DNA of 64,000 nucleotides from Salinibacteraceae bacterium (GTDB lineage: Bacteria; Bacteroidota; Rhodothermia; Rhodothermales; Salinibacteraceae), in contig CBDCCV010000001.1 in NCBI GenBank assembly GCA_965215025.1, positions 234,619 through 298,618 on the forward strand, given 5' to 3'. The notes under the pieces are model-generated. The model worked only from the letters and a program-made list of their open reading frames with translations, was not told the origin of the DNA and searched no databases. Shown here one piece after another: positions 1-9,172 of the stretch (positions within the stretch are counted from its first letter, which is position 1; each line of letters begins with the position of its first letter). The position numbers were made by a program, and so were the translations under genes.

Positions 1-492
1 GAAGGGCCGAAGCGCGGCGTAGTCGCGGCCGAGGACCACGGAGGCGTCGAGGTAATACTCGGGCTGGAGGTCCTGGCGGACGCGCTCTTCGGGGATGCCC
101 AGCGCGGCGGCCACGCGGCGGGCGGCGTCGAGGTCGCCCACGCGGTCCACCACGAAGGAGCGCGGCTCGTCAAACGAGGAGTGGTTGCCGGCCTCGACCA
201 CGTCGAAGCCCTGCGCGCGCAGGTAGCGCGTCGTCTGAGCGGCGATGCCAGGGGCGCCGGAGCCGTTGCGCACGGCCACCTGCACGATCTCGCCTGTGGC
301 GCCGCTACTGCTGGCGCGGGCCTCGGTACGTGCCGGGCGGGCCGCGTCGCCGCCGCTGCCCCCAAAGACGCCGCCGGGCAGGACGCTGCCGGTGACGAAG
401 CCGTAGAGCAGCACCAGAACGCCCAACCCGACCACCACGAGCGCCACATTAAGCGCCCGGCCGGTCCAATGGCTCTGCTGTTTTCCTGCCAT
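1..492 (-). CDS. LytR_C (cell-envelope LytR C-terminal) domain protein, 3'-truncated by window edge
   Basis: Minus-strand reading from ATG (rc of cat 490-492) gives MAGKQQSHWTGRALNVALVVVGLGVLVLLYGF...GEIVQVAVRNGSGAPGIAAQTTRYLRAQGFDVVEAGNH: TM anchor followed by LytR_C-like domain. Not in ORF track because it runs off the window. Confidence 0.5.
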   Translation of the reverse strand, partial: MAGKQQSHWTGRALNVALVVVGLGVLVLLYGFVTGSVLPGGVFGGSGGDAARPARTEARASSSGATGEIVQVAVRNGSGAPGIAAQTTRYLRAQGFDVVEAGNHSSFDEPRSFVVDRVGDLDAARRVAAALGIPEERVRQDLQPEYYLDASVVLGRDYAALRPF

Positions 493-617
493 AGCTCTGG
501 GCGCGCTGGCGTGGTGCGGCTGCGATGCCCGCCGGGTGCGTGTAAGCAAGAAAGCGCGGCCGGCCGCTCCGGGGGAGGGCCTGCCGCGCTATCCGTGAGG
601 CGGGGGCGCTTGAGCAC

Positions 618-1157
618 TTAGCGCGGCAGGTCGTCGTTCCAGAAGAGGCTGCTGGGTGCGGTGCCGGCTTGCACGTTGAAGCTGCTTCCGCCGTACGGGC
701 TGTAGAAGCCGCCCCGCGGGCCGAGGTAGCCGCCGTACGGACTCTGCCGCATCTGCAAGTGGATCTGCATGTTCTCCGTGGGCCGGTAAGCGATCTCGGC
801 ATTGCGCAAAAAGACGCGTGTGCTCTGGTCCTCGCCGAAAAGGTCGCCGCTGAAGGGCTGCATCAGGCTCACGTCCACGCGCGCGGCCAGCTTCTGGTCG
901 AACTGCCACATAAACGAGGAGGTGTACATCCCCATCGACGCGCTCTGGCCGCCAAAGGAGTTGTACGACATCTCGTACGAATGGCCCATGCGGAAGTGCT
1001 CGGCGCTGAACGCCTTGTCGAGCGCCGCCTGGAAGCGCCCCTCATCGTACACGCGCGCCGAGGACGGGCCGGGCGCGTCCGTGCGGAACTGGGCCTGGGC
1101 CGGCATCGCTACGCTGAGCGAGAGCACCAGAAAGAAGAGGAGAAGAGTGCTGCGCAT
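618..1157 (-). CDS. secreted hypothetical protein (179 aa, Y/G/S-rich C-terminus)
   Basis: Internal Met within ORF 618..2066(-) gives signal peptide MRSTLLLFFLVLSLSVAMPAQA. Upstream part of that ORF is antisense to tsaD and discarded. Confidence 0.5.
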   Translation of the reverse strand: MRSTLLLFFLVLSLSVAMPAQAQFRTDAPGPSSARVYDEGRFQAALDKAFSAEHFRMGHSYEMSYNSFGGQSASMGMYTSSFMWQFDQKLAARVDVSLMQPFSGDLFGEDQSTRVFLRNAEIAYRPTENMQIHLQMRQSPYGGYLGPRGGFYSPYGGSSFNVQAGTAPSSLFWNDDLPR

Positions 1158-1364
1158 AAAAGTCCTCCGGTTGGAAAAGTACGACCCGCGTGCGTATGTA
1201 TGATAGCGGGCCGAGGCGCTTTTGTCAAGAACCAGCGGCCCCGCTTTTTGTTCGACCGCCCGCCACGAAATACGGTAAACGGATAACGGCGGACGACGCT
1301 CCACAGGCCGAAGTCGCCGGCTGCTGCCCTCCGCTCCCCCACTCGCCCGCTCTTCTTTTCCAGA

Positions 1365-2372
1365 ATGCCCACCCTCCTCGGCATCGAAAGCTCGTGCGAC
1401 GACACGGCGGCGGCCATCGTGCGCGGCGGCGATTTGCTGTCGAGCGTGATTTCGTCGCAGGACGTGCACGCGGGCTTTGGCGGTGTGGTGCCAGAACTGG
1501 CCTCGCGCGATCACCAGCGCCTCGTCGTGCCCGTGGTCGAGCAGGCGCTCGAAGAGGCCGGCTGCACGCGCGCCGACCTTGACGCCGTGGCGGTGACGTA
1601 CGGGCCGGGCCTCGCCGGCTCGCTCCTTGTAGGGCTGAGCTTTGCCAAGGCGCTCGCCTTCGGCCTCGGCGTCCCGCTCATTGGCGTGAACCATTTGGAG
1701 GGGCACCTCTACTCCGTGCTGATTGAAGAGCCGAAGCCGCCGCTGCCCTACCTCTGCCTCGTTGCCAGCGGCGGGCACACGCAGCTCGTCCTCGTCGAAG
1801 AAAATTTCCAGCACCGGCTCCTGGGAAAAACGCGCGACGACGCCGCCGGCGAGGCGTTCGACAAGGTCGCCAAGCTGTTCGGCCTGGGCTACCCCGGCGG
1901 ACCGGAGATCGACCGCCTCGCCTCTGGCGGCGATCCGGCCTTCCACGACTTCCCGCGCTCGCGGCCCGGCGGCTACGACTTCTCCTTTAGCGGCCTCAAA
2001 ACCTCGGTCCTCTACTACCTCAACGGCTTTTCGGAAGACGTGCGCGCGCAGCTTTTGCAAGACCACCGCGCCGACCTCTCAGCCGCGTTTCAGGAAGCCG
2101 TGGTGGACGTGCTTGTAGACGCCCTCCGCCGCGCCGCCGAGGAGACGGGCGCGCGGCACGTCGCCATCGCCGGGGGCGTCTCGGCCAACAGCCGCCTGCG
2201 CGCACGCGCCGAGGCCGCCGCCGAGGCGGACGGCTTCCGCCTCTACCTGCCGGCCCTGCGCTACTGCGTGGACAACGCCGCCATGATCGCCGTGACGGGG
2301 TTTTACAAATGGCAAGCCGGGCACGAAAGCCCGCTCACGCTCACGGCTCAACCGAGTCTGACGCTAGGGTAG
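1365..2372 (+). CDS. tsaD: tRNA N6-adenosine threonylcarbamoyltransferase TsaD (Kae1/Gcp family)
   Basis: 335-aa ORF with hallmark motifs GIESSCDDTAAAI, VNHLEGH, GGVSANSRLR. Confidence 0.93.
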   Translation: MPTLLGIESSCDDTAAAIVRGGDLLSSVISSQDVHAGFGGVVPELASRDHQRLVVPVVEQALEEAGCTRADLDAVAVTYGPGLAGSLLVGLSFAKALAFGLGVPLIGVNHLEGHLYSVLIEEPKPPLPYLCLVASGGHTQLVLVEENFQHRLLGKTRDDAAGEAFDKVAKLFGLGYPGGPEIDRLASGGDPAFHDFPRSRPGGYDFSFSGLKTSVLYYLNGFSEDVRAQLLQDHRADLSAAFQEAVVDVLVDALRRAAEETGARHVAIAGGVSANSRLRARAEAAAEADGFRLYLPALRYCVDNAAMIAVTGFYKWQAGHESPLTLTAQPSLTLG

Positions 2373-2387
2373 AATCGAAAGAATCGA

Positions 2388-2439
2388 GGAGACGACGAGA
2401 GAAAGAAACGAAGCGCCGCCCCTTTTCGTCGTTTCTCCG
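2388..2439. terminator. GACGAC/GTCGTC palindromic element (GGAGACGACGA...TCGTCGTTTCTCC) enclosing GC-rich stem + T-run; likely tsaD terminator
   Basis: Inverted repeat read directly; loop contains gcgccgcccctttt. Confidence 0.5.
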
Positions 2440-2471
2440 CCTCATCGTTTTCCTGTTTCCCGAGACACGCC

Positions 2472-3500
2472 ATGCTCAAGAAAATCCTCATCGCCGGTCT
2501 CGTGCTCGTCGCCTTGGGCCTCGCGGCGGCCGGCGTGGGCTACTGGCTCGTCTTCGGGCCGAACACGGCGGACTACGAGGGCGCGCGCGGCGTGAAGATC
2601 CCGCGCGGCGCCTCATTCGCCGAGGTGGCGGACTCGCTCGCGGCCGGCGGCGTGATCGCCTCGCGGCAGCGGCTCGAATGGGTGGGCCGGGCCACGGGCT
2701 GGGCCGATCAGGTCAAGGCCGGCTACTACCGCTTCGAGAGCGGCGCCTCGAACTACGACATCCTCGACACCATCCGAAAAGGTTTGCAGTCGCCCGTGAA
2801 GGTGACGATCCCGCCCGGCACGCGCCCGGAGGTCGTGGCCGCCGTGGCCGCGCGCGAGATGGCCTTCCCCGCCGACTCCTTCCGCGCCGCGCTACGGGAC
2901 ACGGCCCTGGCGCGCTCGCTCGGCACGGACACGACGCACCTCTTCGGCTACCTCTTGCCAGAGACGTACCAGTTCTACTGGCTCGCCCCGCCGGAGCAGG
3001 TGATCCGCAAGGCGAAGGAAAGCTTCGACCGCCTCTACGCCGCCGAGGCCGACAGCCAGAGCGTGAGCGCGGAGGAGGCCCTGCGCCTGGCTTCCATCGT
3101 GGAGTGGGAGACGGGCATCGCCGAGGAGAAGCCCCGCATCGCGGGCGTGTACCTCAACCGCCTGCGCGACGGCTGGCCGCTCCAGGCCGACCCCACGGTG
3201 CAGTACGCTGTGATGGAGCGCGAGGGGCAGAAGCGCCGCCTGCTGTTCGAGGACTACGACATCGCGCATCCGTACAACACGTACGGCTACCGCGGCCTGC
3301 CGCCCGGCCCGCTCACCAACCCCTCGCCCTCGTCCGTGCGCGCGGTCTTGCAGCCGGAAGAGCACGGGTACTTCTACTTCGTAGCCACGGGCGAGGGCGG
3401 CCACATCTTCAGCCGCACGCTCAGCGAGCACAACCGCGCCGCCGAGCGCTACTACAAGCGGATGCGCGAGCGCCGCCGCGCGCAGCGCGAGGACGACTGA
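2472..3500 (+). CDS. mltG: endolytic murein transglycosylase MltG (YceG family)
   Basis: 342 aa; N-terminal TM helix and YceG-like core (VTIPPGTRPEVVA...PADPTVQYA...YNTYGYRGLPPGP). Confidence 0.88.
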   Translation: MLKKILIAGLVLVALGLAAAGVGYWLVFGPNTADYEGARGVKIPRGASFAEVADSLAAGGVIASRQRLEWVGRATGWADQVKAGYYRFESGASNYDILDTIRKGLQSPVKVTIPPGTRPEVVAAVAAREMAFPADSFRAALRDTALARSLGTDTTHLFGYLLPETYQFYWLAPPEQVIRKAKESFDRLYAAEADSQSVSAEEALRLASIVEWETGIAEEKPRIAGVYLNRLRDGWPLQADPTVQYAVMEREGQKRRLLFEDYDIAHPYNTYGYRGLPPGPLTNPSPSSVRAVLQPEEHGYFYFVATGEGGHIFSRTLSEHNRAAERYYKRMRERRRAQREDD

Positions 3501-3523
3501 CAGCCTGCTCCGGTACCGGGGAT

Positions 3524-3573
3524 GGACGAATGACGACCAATCTGCATCCCCGTCGTCATTCGTCCGTCGTCGT
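3524..3573. repeat. perfect 14-bp inverted repeat GGACGAATGACGAC/GTCGTCATTCGTCC followed by GTCGTCGTG (GACGAC palindrome family)
   Basis: Seen directly between mltG stop and the convergent OM protein gene. Confidence 0.6.
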
Positions 3574-3579
3574 GCGCTG

Positions 3580-5184
3580 TTAGAACGAGTACGTCAGGCC
3601 AAGGAGGAAGAAGTTGCGGCGCACGTCCTCGTTGGCGATGGGCGGGTTGGCGATGTCGGGATCGGCGTAGGGCACGTAGCGGTCCTCGAAGCGCTGCTGC
3701 GCGTAGCCGAGGTTGATCATCACGCGCTCGTCGAAGGCGTAGCCCAGGCCGGCCGAGAGGTACGTCTTGGAACGGTCCACGCCGCCGGAAATCTCGTCGG
3801 AGCGCGGGTCGGGCTGGTAGGCGAAGCCGCCGCGCAGGGCCACGCCGCCCAGCATCAGCTCGGCGCCCAGGCGCGTGTTGACCACGGCGTCGTAGTCATC
3901 GCGGATGGCGCGGTTCGTGTCGCTGAAGTCGTCGAAATCGGAGTTGATCTCAAGCTGCGTCCAGTCCACAAACTCGGCGTCGAGGGCGAGCGTGAGGTCA
4001 GCCGCGCCGCCGGTGAGCGTGGCGGCGTTGAGAACGAGGCCACCGCCGAGGCGCCACGGCGTGCGCACCCGGTACTCGTAGGCGCTGCGGCCCACGTCGC
4101 CGGGCTGATCGCCGTAGGAGAGCGTGCCGCCCTGGCTGAAGAAGGTGGTGATGGAGGCCAGCGTGTACGTCTCCTCGACGCGGTAGAACGTGGGCGTCTC
4201 GACGGTCAAGCCGGCGCGCAGGCCGGGCGTGAGCGCGGCGGAGAGGCCCGCGCGCAGGTTGCCGCCCACGAGGTCGGACTCGAACCCGGAGCGGAACTGC
4301 ACGGCGCGCAGCCCGGCGTACTCGACGCCATTGCGGATGACGACGTAATCGGCGTTTTGGCCCTGGTCGTCTTCCTCGATGAAGTTCTCGAAGCGGTACG
4401 TCCCGAACACCACGTTGGCCGAGAGGCCGAGCATGAGACCCTTCGACGCCTCGACGGCGCCGCCGAAGTTCGCCTCGCTCATCCGCCCTTCCTCGGTCAC
4501 GCGGCCGGACTGCCCCACGCTCGTCCCCGGCAGGACAGCCTGCTCGAACGGGTACTCGCCCGCGTCAAAATCGCCCTCGAAAAACTCGATGGCCCCCGCC
4601 TCGAAAGCGATGAACGGCAGCCGGTTGCTGGCGATGTTGTCGGGGAAGAACACGCCGTCGTCGCCCACGGCGTACTCGTCGTCAAAGGGCAAGAAGGAGG
4701 TGGTGATGGAGTTGGCGCTGTTGGTGGCGCCGAAGCCCAGCTCGCGCTCGAACGTGTTCACCTGGTTGAGGCCAGCCCCGAAGACGAGCGAGCCGCGCGA
4801 GGTGGGAAAGCTGTAGACGAGGGCGAAGTTGCCCCCGTAGTCGCTCACGGACTGGTCCTGCCCGGCGGAGAAGACCTGCGGCACCTCGTAGACGGCCTCG
4901 TCGCGCGCGCGCAGGAGGCCCAGCGTGCCAGCGGCCTGCGAGGCCTCGAAGTAGCCCAGCCCGGCCGGATTGGTAAAGAGCATGGTGTAATCGGCAAAGC
5001 CGCCAATGCCGGCCCCGCCGAGCGCCGTCATGCGCGCGCCGGTGGCAGGCAGGCGCTCGGAGAAACGCAGCGCGTCATCGGCCACTTGCGCGCGGGCCGC
5101 CTGCGGGAAGCCGATCAGCAAGAGCAGGGCGAGCAACGCGCCGGCTGCATGACGGAGCGCTCGGACGTTTTCTTGGCGTGCCAT
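3580..5184 (-). CDS. outer-membrane beta-barrel protein (FadL/OmpP1-like, C-terminal Phe), hypothetical
   Basis: Start chosen at MARQENVRALRHAAGALLALLLLIGFPQAARAQ (signal peptide); long Gly/Ala/aromatic-rich sequence ending ...LLGLTYSF. Confidence 0.7.
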   Translation of the reverse strand: MARQENVRALRHAAGALLALLLLIGFPQAARAQVADDALRFSERLPATGARMTALGGAGIGGFADYTMLFTNPAGLGYFEASQAAGTLGLLRARDEAVYEVPQVFSAGQDQSVSDYGGNFALVYSFPTSRGSLVFGAGLNQVNTFERELGFGATNSANSITTSFLPFDDEYAVGDDGVFFPDNIASNRLPFIAFEAGAIEFFEGDFDAGEYPFEQAVLPGTSVGQSGRVTEEGRMSEANFGGAVEASKGLMLGLSANVVFGTYRFENFIEEDDQGQNADYVVIRNGVEYAGLRAVQFRSGFESDLVGGNLRAGLSAALTPGLRAGLTVETPTFYRVEETYTLASITTFFSQGGTLSYGDQPGDVGRSAYEYRVRTPWRLGGGLVLNAATLTGGAADLTLALDAEFVDWTQLEINSDFDDFSDTNRAIRDDYDAVVNTRLGAELMLGGVALRGGFAYQPDPRSDEISGGVDRSKTYLSAGLGYAFDERVMINLGYAQQRFEDRYVPYADPDIANPPIANEDVRRNFFLLGLTYSF

Positions 5185-5301
5185 AGGTCGTTTGTTTTCA
5201 GATGGTTGCCAGAAGATGCTTTCGAGCGTGCGGCCACAGAAAAGGCCCACGCCCTACGCGCGGGCCTTCGGCTGCGTCCACGCGCCGGCGGGCGCGCGAA
5301 G

Positions 5302-6636
5302 CTACTGCCGGCTGTCGTTGTCGCGGCTGCTCCGGCTGGAGCGTCCGGAGGAGCGACGGCTGCCCGAGGAGCTACGGCTGCCCGAGGAGGAACGCACGGC
5401 GCTGCCCGAGGAAGAGCGCGAGCCGGATGAAGAGCGCGCCCGGCTGCTTGAACGGCGGCTGCCTGAAGAGCTGCGCGAGGAGCCGCCGGAGCGTTGCACC
5501 GCGCTGCCGCCACGCGAGGAGCCGCGCGAGGAGCCGCGCGACCGCCGCGTGCGGCTGCCGCTGTCGTTATCGCGCGAGGAGCCTCGGCTCTGGACGGCGC
5601 GCCCGCTGCTGCGGTCCGTATCGCTGCCGCGCGAGCGGGTGCGCGTACCTTGGTCGCTGCGCGTCGGGCTGCTGGTGCGGCCCGTACGGGCGCCGCGGCT
5701 TGGCGCATCGCTCGAGGAGCGGCCCACGGTGCTGCGGCCTGTGCGCGTGCCCTCGTTTGAAGGCGTGCGGCTCACGGCGCGGCCTTGGATCGTGCCCCGC
5801 TCCGAGGCGGCGCTGCCCCGGCCGAGGCGTCCGCGCGCCACGTCATCGCTGACGCCGCGTCCGGTGGTGCGGCGGCCCACGGTGCCCGCCGTCCCACGCC
5901 CCACGGTGCCGCGGCGCGGCTCAAAGCTGCGGTCGCGCGGCACGATTACGCCCGGCGCGTCGTAGCGGTAGCCGCCGTAGAACGCCGCCGTCCCGTAGTA
6001 GAAGCTCGGGCGGTAGCGGTTGTAGCGATACCCGTAGCTGTACGGGTAACCGTAAAACGGATTGCAGTGCCTGTAGCCGTAGCCGTAGAAGCCGCCGTAG
6101 CCGTACCCGTAGCCATGGTTAAGGCAAGAGGAGTACGAGGCGTAGAAGAACGAGTCGTGCCGGAACGGATCGTAGTAGAACGGCCGTCCGATGCGCAGGT
6201 TGAGGAAGAACTCGCTCCTGGAGATGTACGGGCTGTAGAGCGGGTCAAAGGCGTACCGCGAGCCGTAGTAGCCCCCGTAAGGCGGGCCGTAGAAAAGCGA
6301 CCTGTGGTAATACGACCGATACCCGCCTGCGATGTCGAGGTAGCGCAGCCGCTCCTGGTACTCGTGGTAGCTGATGCGCCCCCGGTAGCGGTCCTCGTAG
6401 ACCTGCCGGGCCGCCTCGTAGCGCGCCTCTTCGCCGTAGACATCCGTCACTTCGTCTTCGTAGTAGAACTCGCCGTCGTCGTACTGGACCTCCCGGTCCT
6501 CAGAAGTCCGAGGCGGCGCGTCGTTTACAGTGGCGAGTTGCGTGTAGCACCCCGTCAGCCCGAGGAGGAGCATCGCCGCCACCAGCGGAGCAAGCGAAAG
6601 GGGTTTGCGAGAGATCATCGCAGACATGCGTTTCAT
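5302..6636 (-). CDS. lipoprotein with Tyr/Gly-rich block and long Arg/Ser-rich low-complexity tail
   Basis: Start MKRMSAMISRKPLSLAPLVAAMLLLGLTGC (lipobox LTGC); GYGYGYGGFYGYGYRH block; ~200-aa RS/SR/GSR tail; degenerate tandem DNA repeats 5340-5600. Confidence 0.6.
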   Translation of the reverse strand: MKRMSAMISRKPLSLAPLVAAMLLLGLTGCYTQLATVNDAPPRTSEDREVQYDDGEFYYEDEVTDVYGEEARYEAARQVYEDRYRGRISYHEYQERLRYLDIAGGYRSYYHRSLFYGPPYGGYYGSRYAFDPLYSPYISRSEFFLNLRIGRPFYYDPFRHDSFFYASYSSCLNHGYGYGYGGFYGYGYRHCNPFYGYPYSYGYRYNRYRPSFYYGTAAFYGGYRYDAPGVIVPRDRSFEPRRGTVGRGTAGTVGRRTTGRGVSDDVARGRLGRGSAASERGTIQGRAVSRTPSNEGTRTGRSTVGRSSSDAPSRGARTGRTSSPTRSDQGTRTRSRGSDTDRSSGRAVQSRGSSRDNDSGSRTRRSRGSSRGSSRGGSAVQRSGGSSRSSSGSRRSSSRARSSSGSRSSSGSAVRSSSGSRSSSGSRRSSGRSSRSSRDNDSRQ

Positions 6637-6940
6637 GGCACTCCTCCTCTGGTAAGTTTCCAAAGCAGCATTAACTGACGCTACCTTTCGTGTTACGAAC
6701 AAAGATTTACAAAGTTTTACAGCGGTCCCTTCTGACGGCTCTATCGGAAACAACCTGGCTTTGAAAACCGCGCCGCCGCCGAGTATATTCTTCGCCTCCC
6801 TCGCTGCAACGCACGTTCTACCTGTCCGCTTGTTTGAAAAAACAGCAAAGACTGCGCCGGTTTTAGAAGCGCTCCGTGCAGCAGCTGATGCGGTTTTCTC
6901 CCCTGCGTTGCTCAAGAAATCCATCACCCCCCCGTACACT

Positions 6941-8416
6941 ATGGCCGACGCCCTCACCGCCCGCGCTGACGATTATTCCCAGTGGTACATCGACGTGGTG
7001 CGCCAGGCCAAACTGGCCGACTACTCGCCCGTGCGCGGCTGCATGGTCATTCGTCCTAACGGCTACGCGCTTTGGGAAAACATGCGCCGCGTCCTCGACA
7101 AGATGTTCAAGGACACGGGCCACGAAAACGCCTACTTCCCTCTTTTCGTCCCGGAGTCCTTCCTCTCGAAAGAGGCCGAGCACGTCGAAGGCTTCGCCAA
7201 AGAGTGCGCCGTGGTCACCCACTCGCGCCTCGTCCCCAACACCGACGGCACGGGCCTCATGCCCGATCCGGAGTCGAAACTGGCCGAGCCGCTCGTCGTC
7301 CGCCCCACCTCGGAGACGATCATCTGGAACACGTACGCGGATTGGATTCAGTCCTGGCGTGACCTCCCCATCCTCATTAATCAGTGGGCCAACGTCGTCC
7401 GCTGGGAGATGCGCACGCGGCTTTTCCTGAGGACGATGGAGTTCTTGTGGCAAGAGGGCCACACCGCCCACGCTACGAAGGAAGAGGCCATCGAAGAAAC
7501 GCTGCGGATGCTCGGCGTGTACGCCACCTTTGCCGAGGAGTACATGGCGATGCCGGTGATCCAGGGCGTCAAGACAGCGAGCGAGCGCTTCCCCGGCGCC
7601 GTGGACACCTACTGCATCGAGGCGCTGATGCAAGACGGCAAGGCGCTCCAAGCCGGCACGAGCCACTTCCTGGGGCAGAACTTCGCCAAGGCGTTCGACT
7701 GCACGTTTCAGAATGAGAACCAGGAGACGGAATACGTCTGGGCCACCTCGTGGGGCGTCTCAACGCGCTTGGTGGGCGGCCTCATCATGACGCACTCGGA
7801 CGACCAGGGCCTCGTTCTCCCCCCGAAGCTCGCCCCCACGCAGGCCGTCATCGTCCCCATCTACTTCAACGACGAGCAACGCGCCGACGTGCTCGAAAAA
7901 GCCGAACAGATCGAGCGCGAACTCACCGACGCCGGCATCTCGGTAAAGCTCGACGCGCTCGACGCCTACCGGCCCGGCTGGAAGTTCAACGAGTACGAGC
8001 TGCAGGGCGTGCCCGTGCGCCTCGGCCTCGGCCCGCGCGACCTCAAAAACGAGAACGCCGAGATGGCCCGCCGCGACACCGGCGACAAGGAAATCGTCCC
8101 GCAAGCCGGCCTCGCCGAGCGTGTGGGCGAAACGTTGGATGCCATCCAGAACGGCCTCTTCGAGCGCGCGAAAGCCTTCCGCAAGGACCACTCCACGCGC
8201 GTGGACTCGTACGACGACTTTAAGGAAGCGCTCGAAGAAACGGGCGGCTTCGTCTGGGCGCACTGGGACGGCACGGCCGAGACGGAGGCGCGCATTAAGG
8301 ACGAGACCGGCGCCACCATCCGCTGCATCCCGCTGGACCGCGACGACGAAGCGGGCGAGGACCTGCTCACCGGCGAGCCATCCGAGGGCCGCGTGGTGTT
8401 TGCGCGGGCGTATTAA
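6941..8416 (+). CDS. proS: proline--tRNA ligase, archaeal/eukaryotic-type class II
   Basis: [20 protein letters not shown]...; class II motifs; C-terminal ...[14 protein letters not shown] typical of this ProRS type. ORF N-terminal extension judged non-coding. Confidence 0.92.
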   Translation: MADALTARADDYSQWYIDVVRQAKLADYSPVRGCMVIRPNGYALWENMRRVLDKMFKDTGHENAYFPLFVPESFLSKEAEHVEGFAKECAVVTHSRLVPNTDGTGLMPDPESKLAEPLVVRPTSETIIWNTYADWIQSWRDLPILINQWANVVRWEMRTRLFLRTMEFLWQEGHTAHATKEEAIEETLRMLGVYATFAEEYMAMPVIQGVKTASERFPGAVDTYCIEALMQDGKALQAGTSHFLGQNFAKAFDCTFQNENQETEYVWATSWGVSTRLVGGLIMTHSDDQGLVLPPKLAPTQAVIVPIYFNDEQRADVLEKAEQIERELTDAGISVKLDALDAYRPGWKFNEYELQGVPVRLGLGPRDLKNENAEMARRDTGDKEIVPQAGLAERVGETLDAIQNGLFERAKAFRKDHSTRVDSYDDFKEALEETGGFVWAHWDGTAETEARIKDETGATIRCIPLDRDDEAGEDLLTGEPSEGRVVFARAY

Positions 8417-8440
8417 GCGAGCGGGCGGCAACGTTATTCA

Positions 8441-8975
8441 AATGACACCGGCTTATACACCGATCACCGATGAGTTTAGCTTTAGGGCGTCTCACCGAGG
8501 GGGAAGTGCAAGATTTGAGCGGGCTTCTCGGCAAACCTGTTTCCGTCATCTACGCTCCTTGGCTTACAACTTTACGGAAGTGCCGTTGAGGCTCAGCCTT
8601 TCCGTGCTTCTCGGTCATGTCGAGGTCAAGCGGAGGTTCGTAAACCTCGCAGCCTCAGATGTAGAGACGGAGATGTCCCACGACTTTCTCCACTCCCGCT
8701 TGTCCATCCAACGAGCGGCTATACCCAGAGGGACAGGATTTGATGCCAAGTTTGGCTCGATCACCAAGCCCTGCTCATCCATTCACTTCGGCCCCAATCC
8801 GTTTACCATCTCCGCTGTAGAGATTTATGAATCAGCAAGCCAAGTTTTTCATTCGGGACCGGAGCACGAGGAGTCCGTGCCGGTCGATTCGCTGGCTGTA
8901 TTCCGGAGCGGACTAAGCGGAGCACTTGTCAGTTTGGTGCAATCGAGACGTGGTTCTCACGGGAGAAGGCTGTGA
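8441..8975 (+). other. low-GC (~52%) ~700-bp segment; candidate 178-aa ORF or structured RNA, nature unresolved
   Basis: 186 stop-free codons in one frame (ATG 8441) in low-GC DNA, no database-like motifs; several strong hairpins (e.g. gaccggagcacgaggagtccgtgccggtc 8858-8886). Confidence 0.25.
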
Positions 8976-9172
8976 TCAAAAGGCTCTGCCGAGAGCACAA
9001 AAAGCAAGAAGAGTTCAGGTGGATGCACTCCGGCGCACAATGAGGCTAAGCGTTACGCTTCTATAAACCAAGCTTTACGCTTCGATGAAATCGCGCCGAG
9101 GCGCTGTTAATCAGGACGGGCGGGCGGTACTTTTAGAGGGCAAACGCTGCCGAATGCGTTGCGGCACTTTTC

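Noticed and set aside
618-2066. 482-aa minus-strand ORF
   Set aside because: Upstream two-thirds is antisense to the well-supported tsaD gene. Only the C-terminal 179 codons (with a signal peptide) are kept as a gene.
2309-3583. 424-aa Arg/Gly-rich + strand ORF
   Set aside because: Alternative frame of mltG in high-GC DNA. Low-complexity R/G/P composition is typical of out-of-frame translation.
4357-5965. Several long + strand ORFs (4357..5430, 5192..5965, 5202..5852)
   Set aside because: Antisense or off-frame to the OM beta-barrel and RS-lipoprotein genes. Arg/Ala/Pro-rich junk.
8417-9172. tmRNA, RNase P RNA, group II intron or SRP RNA in the low-GC segment
   Set aside because: Looked for tmRNA tag frame/3' tRNA-like end (GGUUCGAUUCC), RNase P conserved boxes, and group II GUGYG/domain V. 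None found, so left as unknown.
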